NCBI GenBank assembly: GCA_003971905.1
Contig: RSEE01000019.1
Location: 310,001 to 374,000 of the forward strand
Origin: Moniliella sp. 'wahieum'
Lineage: Eukaryota
Length of the DNA: 64,000 nucleotides
Direction of reading: 5' to 3'
Shown here piece after piece: positions 14,603-26,554 of this stretch; the first letter of the stretch is position 1, and each line of letters begins with the position of its first letter. The notes under the pieces were generated by a model, which made no database searches, had not been told where the DNA came from, and was given only the letters and a program-made list of their open reading frames with translations. Position numbers and translations under genes: made by a program.

Positions 14603-15564
14603 AGTGGCGCGTCGGATGGTATGGTATGTCCATGTGATCTATGAATGTGCGCAAGGGATCTGTAGACTGCATACGACACGTTCCCCTAGGTGCCGATGGC
14701 TCTCACGACGGTGGCGCTCATGAGGCCTGCGAGAGATTGAGCCCAGGGGCTAGCAAAACGGACCTGCATGGCAGGGCGAGGCGGTACGGAAGCAGAGGCC
14801 AGTGGGCATTTCAACCTCGGACGAAAGTGAGAGCGAGACGCGTACGAGAAAACGTGGAGGGATGACGGAGCAGTAGAGTTGAATGGGGCAAGCGGTGCCA
14901 ACCTGTTTCCCAAGTTTGGGCATCGATGTGATGGGGTAAAAAAGATGTTGGTTGGAGGACAACGTTGCTCGTGGCTGCTGGCCCTACACTTACTACTCCT
15001 CGTCGCCGCTGGATATTGAATGGTTTTTTGCCATAGACTGCCCTCCAGTCTACTACACACTGACAAGTGGCATGTGCCAGTTGGAATGCTGAATGCTGCT
15101 GGAAATGCCACACACCGAGAGAGAGTTCGCGACGGTGAACAGAGGGAGATGCGAGAGAGCAATAGATGAGAGATGATACGTCGACGTGGGTGAAGCATTC
15201 CATGACGGTACCGCAGATAGATGAACGACCTTAAACACGTCTCGCCCGGGCCAGCACGACTTTTTAGAGTAGTATAGGTTCCGGTTCCACTGGCTTCAAG
15301 ATTGTTGTTGTGTCCTTTGTTTCGTCCTTGTTTCGTTTGGTTCGATGAATTGAGATTGGCTTCCTCTAAAATAGACCTTTTCGATCTGCGATAGCAAACC
15401 ATAGTAGGAAGCCATAGTATGACAAGCGACAATGAATACACGGAGCCCCATCATCGTAGACGGTATGCGCTTTTCTATCCTCTCACGACCTGAAAGATAG
15501 CCAAACACATCCGTGGCACCACTTTTCATGGTAAGCAGCCATATACCCCTCTGAGGTCAGGACC

Positions 15565-15618
15565 CTCTGAGGCCCCCCTTTCCTCTGAGGCCCCCCTTTC
15601 CTCTGAGGCCCCCCTTTC
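15565..15618. repeat. Tandem repeat, 18-bp unit CTCTGAGGCCCCCCTTTC x3
   Basis: Three exact copies read directly, preceded by a partial copy (CCTCTGAGG at ~15548). Confidence 0.9.
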
Positions 15619-16177
15619 ACTTCCAAACCGGATGTACTAAGTATATAGTAAATTGTAGTGCGAAGAGTGCGTACGAATGAGGGCGGAATAGACCTGCATG
15701 TGAGCGAGTGCGCGCTGTGGGCGATCAGAATGAACCATCTCCAGGCATGCCACATTCATCGCATCAATCCACCAGATGCATCAAAAGCACCTCTTTTCCC
15801 CAGCTGCTTCTTCGCGCGCTATCTATATAGCCTTCTTCGCTCGTTGGCCTCGCCTGAAAACCACCGCACGCGAACAAGTGTAACATGTAACACAGCACGC
15901 ACCCAGTATCCCAGCCATGTGTGTGGCGGCTGTCAGGAACGTGCCTACGTGACGCGGGAGGTACCTGGCTGCTTATTGCTTCCGTTCGGCATTCGATGTT
16001 CGGCACGGCAACCATTCAATGTTCAACTGAACGTTCAGAGCCGGGAAGTCGCGCTGGGGGAACGGCGGGCTGGCCCAGTGCTCCGTGGGAGCGCTCAGGC
16101 GCAGTCCCCAGCCTGGCACTGTCCAGCCCTGCCCAGCAGGTGCCAGGGAAGCGGGGCAGACACGCTGTCAGCCACCC

Positions 16178-16215
16178 AGCAGACGCCCGGCAGACGCCCC
16201 GGCAGACGCCCCGGC
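16178..16215. repeat. Tandem repeat, ~12-bp unit CAGACGCCCCGG x3
   Basis: cagacgcccgg cagacgccccgg cagacgccccgg c read directly. Confidence 0.8.
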
Positions 16216-16530
16216 GCTGGGCGGCAGCGGGGCTTGGCACGCTTCCACAGGCGCCGTGCGCCATGCGAGCGCATGCGACCCAGTCCCTCCCCTCCGCGGT
16301 CGTCTGGTGTGCTGGGGCGTGCAGATCACACAGTGCGCAGGCAGCGCAGGGGCACGGGGCAGTGGCGAGCGCGCTGCGCGCGGATGCCTTGGCTGCGGGC
16401 GGGCTGCGGCAGAGTCACTGACCAACTGCAGGAGCTCGCGTCGGAAAGCACAGCGCCAGCGCGCCCACACACTGCTCACGTGCGGCACGCCGCTGCCTCC
16501 TGCCCCCTGCATGTGCCTTGTACCCGCCCG

Positions 16531-16568
16531 CCCCGCCTCGCCCCGCCTCGCCCCGCCTCGCCCCGCCT
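16531..16568. repeat. Tandem repeat, 10-bp unit CCCCGCCTCG x3 plus a partial copy
   Basis: Read directly, upstream of the GH79 gene. Confidence 0.85.
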
Positions 16569-16777
16569 GCCCTCGGCCCCGCACCTTGGCCTCCATCATC
16601 CCCCCGCGTGCTCCTGCCTACACCTCCTCCCTGCCCATCTCCCTGCGCGGCTGGCTGCTGGCACCCGCTGCTTCTCCTCCCCCACCCTCCTTTCGCTCCT
16701 TCCCCCCTCCCGTCCACCCCGCCTCAACTGGCGTGTCCCGGCCCACCCCCCGCGCCGGCGACGCCGCCCCCCCACAG

Positions 16778-19700
16778 GTGCAGCTGCGGCCGCATCCCTC
16801 CTTCTTTTCGCCCTGTCCCTGCACCCTCACCGCCCAGGTCACCCTCACACCGGACCCCACCATCAATGGCATGGCGTCCGGCGTGTCGCCTCTGCTCGAT
16901 GCCACGTTTATGGGTGTTGGGATTGAGCCCAGCAATCTACTCTCTTTTACCGGCGTAGACGCCCCCAACCCACTCACCAACCAGCTTTTGAGCAACATTG
17001 CTGGCTACATGGGCGCCCCACCTCACATCCGCATCGGCGGCAACAGTGGCGACAATATGCTCTACGATGCCTCCAACGCGTCGCTCGCCATCGTCAACAA
17101 CCCCAACGCCGTTGGCCCTGGCAATCCTGGCTCCAAAACTGACAGCTGGACGTATGGTCCTGGCTACTATGCTGCAATCGACAACTTTCCCAAGAGCACA
17201 CCGATCACTTTTGGCATCAACCTCGCTTACAATGGCGACGACTCATCCCGCGCGCAGTGAACACAAGCTCAGTCCCTGTTCGATTCCCTGAAGAACGTGG
17301 GTGATCAACTCGCTCGAGGTGGGAACGAACCTGACTTGTACATTGTCAATAACTACCGCCCTTCGTCCTGGTCCACAACCGACTACGGCAACGAGTGGAT
17401 CGCCAAAGGGGATGCTGTGTACCAGCAGGTACTTAAGCGCTCAAAAAGCCCCAGAATATATTCGAAGCTGCCTGCACGGCCACCACTGCGACCAAATCGG
17501 GCCATGCCACCGTATCGCCAACCTGATGGACACTGGTGTTGCTTCGGCCAATGGCCAGTACCTACGAGGCTGGAATGGCCATGACTATTATTGTACGTCG
17601 AACGGTCATGCCCCCTAAGTACCTAAGTTTGGTCCTGACCACTCCTTCGTGCCGAATAGACTATTCGGCTGTATCCAACTTCAAACTCACCATCGACCGG
17701 TTGTTGAACTCTGCCCCTGACGACCCAACAGTTTCCCGAATGGACTAACCAAGTGCAGCAAGCTAACCAGTCTGGCAAGGCCTACTACCTTCGCGAGATG
17801 GGATACGTGGGGCCGACGGCATCCAGGGAATCAGTGATACTTTTGGTACGTACTCTTCTCTTCTCTGCGATAACTGCAAAGTGCGGATAATTCTGACTGG
17901 GATTGCCAGCCAACACGCTCTGGACGCTCAATTTTTTTCTGTTTGCCTCCACTGTGGGCGTGTCGAGTGTACAGATCCACATGACCGACAACTCGTTTGG
18001 CTCACCCTGGCAACCCAACGTGCAGAATGGCGTCGGTCCTCATGTTCGCTCTTCCTACTATGCCTTTGCGGCAGTAAGTCAGCTGTTGGGGACTGGGTGC
18101 AACACCAACTTTGCTCTGCTCCAGCTGGGCAATGTCCCAAGCCCATACAGCAACCGCTTGGCTGCGTACGCTGTGTACCGTCAGAACACGCTCCAGAGTA
18201 TTGTGTTGATCAATTCCAACCCCACCGGTGCTGATACTACTGTTGCCCCCCCGCAACGCCGCTCGCATCGTTCCAGGGCTATACATAGGCGCCAATCGAC
18301 CCCTACGGTAAGCTTCACCGTATCGGTCCCCAAACTGGCAGGAAAAACATTCTTCCTCTCCACACTCTCTGCACCCCTCTCTACCTCGTCCACCAACACC
18401 ACGTGGAACGGAATTGAGTACGAGTCTAGCGGCGATGGCTCTCCTAACCTGGTCAACGCCACCAATGCCCAACAAACGGTTCAAGTTGGAGCCGACGGAA
18501 CACTCCTTGTCACTGTGGCCGACAGTACGGCTGTGGTGGCCAATCTCAATGTCGTGCTGGGGGGGATGATGGAAGTAAGAGCCTTTGTGTTGGGAATGGT
18601 TCCAGCGCCCCAATGCACCAACGGCACCTGGTGCGAATCCCTCCACTGGCTTTACGGGCTCAATTTCTTCATCCCATTCGCTCTCCAAAAGCCATTATTG
18701 CCATTGCGGCTGGTGGAGGTGGAGGTGGAGCGGTGCTGGCGGTGATCGTCGTTGCTGTGCTACTTGCGTGCATCCGCAAGCGCCGCCGCGCCAAGGAGCT
18801 TGATGTTGCCGTTGCAAGCGCCAAGATGGGTCATTTCGACAACGCTAAAACCAAAGCGGCCGCCACTACACTGCGTATCCCCCGTGGATATGACGGACGG
18901 GATAATCTCGCCTCGCCAAGTCACGAGCATCTCATGGACGGGTACGCCATGTCGGATCGTCCACGATGGGGTGCTTCGACGGGCGCAGTGGCGGCGGCAG
19001 CTGGGTACCAGTATGCCAGGACCACAGCAAAAAGATGTCGAACACCTCGATGAGTTCGATGGAGAAGGACCGATGGAGAGCTTCCCGAGCCAGCACAAGT
19101 TCGCTCACAGGCATACCCATTCGGCAGACACATTTGACTCGCGTGGCATCCGGGACGAGCCATATGCCTACGACGAGGCGGCTTGGGCTCAGATGCGCCC
19201 ATCTGCGAGCGCAGGGAGGCGCGCCTATGGCTATCCTGAAGGCTACGGCTCAGGCCAGAATCCCACCTCCTATGGCGATGGATACGGCTCCTATCCCGAC
19301 ACTCGGTACGATAATGATCCTACATGGGGTGGGGACGGGTCAAACCAACGCACCGAGGCTACGATGTACAAAACGATCCGGCGTACACGTCATACAACTA
19401 TGTCTATCAAGACGCGGGCCGCTCGGCTCAGAGCCCTACCGCACCTCAATCAATGCTACCCCAGTCTTCTCAGCACGGCTACAATCCAAGTTCCGAACCG
19501 CTCTCTGGTCGCACTCTTCTTGCCCCTGGCCAATCCCGCTCTGGCGACAGAGCCGGTGCGATCGGAGCCTTGGTTCTGGACGGCTCGGGATTGTCCAACG
19601 CGCCGAGCACGGACACCCGCCCGCGTCGGGGAAGAGCACGTGAGGTGGACTTAGCGGAAGTACGACCGGACATGCAAGCTCCCAACTGGGCCTTGGCCGC

Positions 19701-20386
19701 GGCCCCACAGCCCTCCGAGGGTTCTGCCACCCCACGAGCGCGCCCACGGTCCCTGTCGCAAGGCGCCTTGGACCTAGACCCATCGAGGAGGGATGTGTCT
19801 CGGGATGTTCTGCGTGAAGTTCGTGCGGCAGCGGCGAGCCCAGCCGCTACCCCAGCGTCGCTACGCCCGGCAGGGCGGCAAGAGACATGGGAGACAGGGA
19901 CGACAGGGTCGAGGCAAGCGACGCAGGCGACGCAGGCGGAGCGTCCTCGGTCCTATTGCCTCTCGCATTACCCCCGTGCGCCGCGACACGGGCGAGCGTG
20001 CGGAGCGGCAGGCGTATGCGGAGTGGTATGCCCAGCACTACGGTTCGGCCGACCAGGCCGAACGCGCTTCGTCGGGAACTAGGGCCGGGGCGGCGCCGAG
20101 CTCCGCTGGAGCTGACCTTGCCCCCGGCAACTACCCCAGCCAAGAGGCGTACAACGACGCGTATCACCAGTACTATGCCCAGTACTACCAAGCCCAAGCT
20201 CGTGCGGCCTCTACGGCGGGTCAGCCGCGCGGGGGCCAGACGGCAATAGCGGCCCCTTCTGCCAGCGGATACAATAACAGTCCCCACCAATACGCACACG
20301 AAGAGGCAGGTGCACCGCGCAATGCCCGGGATGCAGTGCGCCAAGCGCGCGCCGGAGCTCAACGGGCGGCCGGTCCCCCGCGCTGA
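16778..20386 (+). CDS. Glycoside hydrolase family 79 (beta-glucuronidase/heparanase-like) with a transmembrane helix and a long low-complexity tail; start uncertain; introns ~17594-17659 and ~17846-17910; frameshifts
   Basis: Hydrophobic leader AAAAASLLLFALS; FMGVGIE; IRIGGNSGD; acid/base motif LEVGNEPDLY; probable nucleophile YYLREMG; NTLWTLNFFLFAS; VRSSYYAFAAVSQLLG; TM segment IIAIAAGGGGGGAVLAVIVVAVLLACI followed by RKRRRAK. Confidence 0.78.
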
Positions 20387-21076
20387 GCATTGTCGGTGGC
20401 TCCTGTCCTACTTCCCTTGCCTTCCTTTGTTTTGTTCTGATTTGCTTTACTTGCCTGCTTTGCTTGATCTCGTTGCTCTGTACCCCACATTCTTTGACTC
20501 TCCTTTTGTGTCTTGCGATCTCCCCCCTTGCCCCACCCTACTTTTTCTTGCACTTTTCTTATCTCTCGCATCTTCCTTTTGGTCTATCGTATTGCAGATC
20601 GCATCGATCTTCCTGCGGTGGTCTTGTAACTTTACTCCAAATTGCATATGCCCTTGGTACCCCCCGCCCTTTGGGACGCAATGTGTGTGCCCTCGGCCTT
20701 TTCTCTTTCTCTTGCCTGTTTCCTTTGCTTTGGTGTGCCTCCCATCTACTCTTCTGCGCGTTCTCAGCACCTCGTCACGGCTTGCTGTCCCGCACGTTCG
20801 TTCTTCTCTGTCTTGCACGCCAAAACACGCGCTTCCTTAACGAGAAACCTATACGGAAGATAAAGGGCAATGTGATGGAGGGATGGATCGCTGTTGCCAT
20901 GGATCACAGCGGCCTTGCCGACCAACGATGGTCTCTTTGAGAGCTGGTGTCCGCACTACTGATGCTACAACCGGACCAACCCAGAACCAGAATCCATCTC
21001 CCATCTCGAGGCTCACTAGTGTCTTTGCCTGCACTTGCATCATGAGTAGAAATGTATAAATAGGGGGGAGAAGGGG

Positions 21077-23127
21077 TTACTGACTGGTCACGGTGTTGCC
21101 GGCGCCAAGACGAGGGCCGGACTGGGGGACCGGCTCCACGTTCTTGCTGCCACGAGGCAGCGAAGACAGAGGTGGCAAATGCTGTACAGGGGAGGGGTCA
21201 GCCAAACGGAGGGCATGCTGGGAGGGAGCAGGGGGTATCATGGGCGGCGAGGAGCTGGAGCCTTTGGCGGCCACGTCACAGGCGGGGAGGAGGTTGGGAG
21301 TAGATGGTGTGGAGGCGTAACGGAGGAGGGGGAAGGGGGGGGAGTAGGCGTTGTTGAGCCGATAGGCGGCTCTCGATTGGAGGTGGAGGCGGTGGGACGG
21401 AACATGTGCAAAGGGGCAATGGGTGCTTGAGAAGGAGGCGGAATGTGAGAAACACGGGGCCGTGCACAAGGTCCCACACTAGACCGAGGGTAGTATGGGC
21501 GAAAACAGAGTCGGTAGCTATCCGGGCCAGCCTTGTTGGGAGAGAACAACGAGGAGAAGGCAAAAGAGAGAGCGGATGAGGGAGGGGAGGAGCCAACAAG
21601 TTCTTGGGACCCCCCAGGCTTCCGGGCAGGCCAACTTGCCCACCCGCGCACGCATCAGAGGGAGCAAATCCAAGTGGGTCCAGTCGTACTTGTCGCTAAT
21701 CGTCTCACCAGAGACTGCGTACCCGCCATCCGGATCGTGTACCTCATCCGAAAGCGTGGGGATATCGTTGGGTCGATCGTTCAACGTTTTGGACGCAAAC
21801 AGTTTCCGCATCGTCTTATTCGCTCCAACTCGGGAGGAGCGGGGTCGTTGCAGGCGCGTCATCTGGCCCGCGTGTAAGGTCAAAGGGAAAGCACCCCGGT
21901 CGAGGTAGATGCAACTGGCGGGGGTTGAAGAACCATGGTTCTCCAGGCGTGATGCGTTGGGGGGGTGGTTCTCTTGGTCCCATGCTCTGTTTCATAAACT
22001 TGGCCGCCAAACTGCTCAGCTTGTTTCTTCGGTAGGGCATCACGGCGGCCGGCTTAACGATGCGTTCATACATTGTCCGTTGCTCAAACTCATGGTGCGC
22101 CGCCTTGGCTGCATTCTTCTCCAACCGGGAAAGCTCAAGGCCAAGCATGATCATGACAGTGTCCACGTCGAGCGGGCCGGAGGAACGGGTGACAGCACAC
22201 ATGCTCAGATGCACCTTCCGCCTGGCAGGGGGCCAAACGGACGAAAGCAGATAGGGCACGATAATAAAGGAGCAAGAGAAGCCCTCTCGATGAAGCTTAG
22301 GTCCAACTTGCACTCCGGGCGGAAGAACTGCACCCGCATTAACAATTGGTCCCGTGAGTAAGCTTTACGCTCTCGTTCTTGCTGTTCTTGCTTTTAACCA
22401 ATGCGAGCTCTCGCTTGCGCTGTGCGTTACGCGCTCGGTCTTGCTTTTCAGCCAATGCGAGTTCTCGCTTGCGCTTCCGGCTCTCCTTGCTCGTTGTGGA
22501 TATACGCGAAGTGGCGATGGGTCCTGGGAGCAACGTGTTGCGTTTTGCACTTCGCTGGTGGGTTCCGAACGCTCAAAGGCGTATCCTTAGAGCCCGACGA
22601 CGAACAGGTGCGGAGGTTACCGGACGCGAGACGGAAGAGAACACGAAGATGATGTGCCTTGTCGGGCAGCCACCGTTGTTTGGGAGCGAACGGGGGCAGT
22701 CTGGCACCGGAACCGAGAAAGGTGAGCGACAAGGTAGGCGGCTCAGGCTCTGGTTCCGGCTCCGATACAAGCTCAAGGTCCGATACAGTCTCAGGTTGGG
22801 TCCTATCGGAATCCGTATCGGACACAGCAGGGTCAGTGGGTGCGGGCCGGATCTCCTCTTGCTGGCAACGCTCGGAATTGGAGAGGCGACTGAAGAGCGG
22901 GGCATTGAGCAGTCCAAGGTCGGCCGATATCGTTGGCTCGCAGGTGCCGGGACCCATAAGACAGGTAGCGGGGTCATATACGCCGTTGGAGAGGGTGGGG
23001 CGAGCCACTGGTCCGATGTATCCATACCTCTTCCTCGCTATCCGAGGGGGGCACGATGGGCTCACCGCCGCTGAGCCGGCGGCGGCGGAGAGGAGCGGTC
23101 GCGGAGCAGGGCAGGACCATTGCTCAT
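21077..23127 (-). CDS. Hypothetical protein (low-complexity, frameshifted; boundaries uncertain)
   Basis: Chain of overlapping minus-strand ORFs with protein-like segments (DTVMIMLGLELSRLEKNAAKAAHHEFEQRTMYERIV; KYDWTHLDLLPLMRARVGKLACPEAWG; basic KRKRELAL repeat) and an ATG at 23127. No family recognised. Confidence 0.4.
22386..22475. repeat. Imperfect direct repeat (~36 bp, period ~53-54) inside the hypothetical CDS
   Basis: tcttgcttttaaccaatgcgagctctcgcttgcgct versus tcttgcttttcagccaatgcgagttctcgcttgcgct; encodes (K/Q)RKRELAL twice on the minus strand. Confidence 0.8.
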
Positions 23128-23504
23128 GAATGGCACGAGAACTCCGCCGCCACTCAGATGCATCGCTTTCTGCACACGGTCGAGAACAGGGGCGGGTAGG
23201 AGGCTTTCAAAGGGATGGTGGATGTTGGCGGAAGTAAAAGGGCGGAGAGAAATTCATGTTTATTCAAGGGAATTTCGCGACCTCATTTTGGGTTAATTAT
23301 TAGCCGCGTCCTGGGTCCCTCGCCCACTTCCCATCGCACGCCCCCATACGGCTGACAGCCACGCCTATACGTTGATCACCCTTCCCTAGTCTCGTCAACG
23401 CGTCAATCCAATGTCTGAAGCGATTTTGTACATGACCATTCTCATTTTTGCGCATAGCGATGCAGCAATAGGGCTGCCCACCCCAGGGACCGGTCGTCAG
23501 GAAT

Positions 23505-23993
23505 TTACCTGCCGCGCCCGCGGCCACGCCCGCGCCCCCTGCCTCGGCCACGATCCGCCTTCTTGGCAGCATCGCGGCGGCGACCCTTGGACTTGGGTGT
23601 GTCATCGACGAGAAGCATGTCGAGCGGAAGCGAGTCGGGAAGAATCCAGTAGCGAACCGTACTGCCGCGGATGGAGAGCGTGTCGAGTGATTGGGGCTCT
23701 TGGCCCTTGACTGTCATCTTGACTGTCTTGAGGTGGGTGTTCATCTTGACGTCCACACCTGGGGAAAGAATACAGAGGTCAGTACCAGGGAGTAGGGAGC
23801 AGAATACCATAGAGAAGAAATGCCCAAAGCGGACGCACCTGTGACAGTACCGTGAACCACAGTGCCGTTCTTGAGCTCGATGGTCACCGTCTCATTGTTC
23901 AGCTTCATCAAGAAGCTGGGAAAAGGCGTGTCAGTCGGGCACGAGCAGGAAAAATAGGCAAGCACACCAAGACACGTACCGAATGAGCTGCAT
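23505..23993 (-). CDS. SMD1: Small nuclear ribonucleoprotein Sm D1; introns 23916-23979 and 23759-23838
   Basis: Spliced product [46 protein letters not shown]...[23 protein letters not shown] followed by an RG-repeat tail; canonical GT-AG sites keep the frame. Confidence 0.96.
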
Positions 23994-24901
23994 GGTCGGC
24001 CACCTGTCCTGGCTACTACGCGACCCACGAGGAAAGCAGTGATGGAGGTGGGAATGCCGATGTCGTCGCCTGGACACTGGACTGCAAGCAATCCTTGCCC
24101 AACTTGCCGTCAGCGGCGGAACCATGGCTCATTCCGCCCAGCATCAACCCTACCATCCGCCATGCATCATTCGTCACGCGTCATGCACGTCATGCATCAT
24201 TCATCAGTACAGCAAGGATTGATGGATTTCAAAAGCCTGGGTAAACGCGCCTGGCAGCATCATGCATCACCGGCCCATCACCGGTCACCTGACGCGTGTG
24301 GCGCCCAGGTCGCCACGTGACGACAGGGCGCTGGCGTGCTGTGCTGAGCCTCAGCGCTGACGAGCAGCCTCTGACTAATCGTACCTCCCGCCTGCTAGCG
24401 TCCGAACCGCAACCAAAAAAGCACTGGCTCAGCCACAGGCCTGCCTCCGGCCTGCTCAGGCGCTCAAGCGGCAAGCAAGGTGGCAGCCACCGGCAGCAGC
24501 CCTCGGCGCCAGCGCCCAGCTGAGCTCAGCCTGAGCATCCCCACGTCCGCCTCGCCTCCTCGATTCGCCCAGGCAGCCCTGCTCAGCGCCACCACCAACC
24601 CCTCTCGGCCTGAGCCACTCAACTCAGTACTCAACGTTGACTGGGCGACCGTACAGCCTCAACAATCTCCGTCCCGCCGGCCGTTGCCATTGCCAAGGTG
24701 GATGTCTCCCCGACTGACGGTGGCGTCTCCTGTTGCTAGCCCACGTCGCAGACATGCTCGTTTTGCCATCGATGGGTTCGATCCCCCCCTCCCCGCACTG
24801 TTGGGCCGATACCATCAGCTTCGCACAGGCCCCTTCCCCTCTGTTCGACCATATTGCAACAGAGCTTTCAACCTGAATCGTCGCGCAAGGATCGACCAGA
24901 G

Positions 24902-25984
24902 ATGAATTCGCCAAAGTTTTGCCTGCTGGCAAAGTACCCTACACACTTACACCCAGTTCGTCCCCGAACGGGCTGTCCACCCGTGGGTCTGGTCGCCCAG
25001 CAGCTCCAGTATATCGATCCCACGAATGGTGAGTGCGACGGGTATCCTTCGACCCCCACGGGTAACTCTATGGAGATGATGTTCGAGGTCCTAGGAGAGT
25101 GGGTTTCGATCGAAACGGCTCAGCGCTTCAACACAGCTATGCTATACGATGTGTCGCACAGCCTATGCAATTGCCGTCAGGTGTGCCATAACAAGAGCCA
25201 GTGCACCTGTCTCCCGATGGGGCTATTTTCGAGGGCGTACGCGTTTGGAGATGCTGATGCCAACGCCTAAGCAAACGAGCTATCTTGATGCTGTGGCAGA
25301 AGTGGCTATCGTGTTGTGTCGCCGCCGTACAGTCATCCTCGATGCTTGGACCAGCGTACTCGGATCCGGAGAGGAGCCAGTGCATGGTGTGCTACGAGGA
25401 CTTCAATGTGAGTATCCTTTCCTTGATTCAGTTGACCCAACTGAGGGCAGTTGATGGCTACTGGAGAGCTGACTGCGCTGACCGCCTATGCGTTTCTGAC
25501 GACCATTCCCGCAGTCCTGTTTGGTATAGACCTTGCCGTCTTGGCATGCGTTCCCCATTCTGTGTCCAACACCGTCTGAGTCTGACTGGATCAGCTGTTT
25601 GCTTGCCTGCTTCGCTGTGGGGAAGGGGCTCCCATCTCCTCGTCACGCGCTACACGGCATGCATCATTCCTCCCAGCCAAGATGGTTCCCACGGGACATC
25701 AGCCCGAATCAGCCCATCCATCAAGTGTGCGCCGCCATCTCGGAATCACCTGTCGACGTTGTGCGTCCCCCAGCCCGTTTTTTTCTCGACCCTCTTCTTG
25801 GATGGCGATGCGCATTTTCTCAGGGGCCATTCGCCGATCCACCGAGCCTGGTTGGTTGCTGGCAGCGAATGGACCAGACGACAAGACAGTCGGAGTGGAG
25901 GCGGGTGCGCACTGGGCTTGCAAAGCGCCACATGCGTGCCCCAGATGCCTGCAGTGGATTGGACAGGAGCGGCCTGGAGCCTAG
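24902..25984 (+). CDS. Possible RING-H2-like zinc finger protein (fragmented); intron 25408-25450
   Basis: QCMVCYEDF followed by a GTGAGT donor and CAG acceptor; later HALH..ACII (needs a frameshift) and ACPRC near the end; additional Cys-rich segment CNCRQVCHNKSQCTC. Confidence 0.35.
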
Positions 25985-26554
25985 CGACTAGTGACTAGTA
26001 ACTAGCAAGGATGGGTTCGATTCCTCCACGCCAAATCTCTCCTGGGGCCTGGTGGCCCAGCAGGCCCAGCAGCGCCAGGCAGCGGGCCAGCCCACGGACA
26101 AGCGCCCAACCGAGCAGCGCGGAGCGCGCTTTAATTTGGCCATTTGGGGGGGTTGCCCCTTTGGGCGGGGGGTGTCTCGCGTGCCTGATGCAATATGCAC
26201 CTGAGCCCTGGGCCTGAGGCCTGAGGTCAGGCCGGTCAGGCCTGAATATGCATGATGCTGGCGCTCAGCGCTCTTGCATCACGCGTCAGCCATGCATGCA
26301 TCGCATGTTAATGTTATGCATCATGCATCATGCATCATGCTCCATGCGTCGCCAGCATTCCAGTGCACAGCGCTCGCCGTGCGCCACACTTGCACCCTGC
26401 GCCACCCACTGCTGGTCAGTTTCCGTGTTGCGGACATGCGCGGTGGGCCAGCTGGGCCATTTTTGCGCGTGTTCCGCGGAAGCGGCCGCGGGCTGCGGCC
26501 TCCCCCCATACCCAGCCGCCGGGAGCCCTTCTCCCTCCTGGCCAAATCCTCTCC

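Noticed and set aside
5541..20386. FAS-based secondary-metabolite (glycolipid) cluster
   Set aside because: Neighbours are housekeeping genes (PRP21, SDH3, MET3); no P450, glycosyltransferase, acyltransferase or transporter was seen.
25971..26033. tRNA gene
   Set aside because: It has a B-box and a partial acceptor stem but is only ~63 nt, with no proper D arm, anticodon arm or 5-bp T stem. Kept only as a low-level finding.
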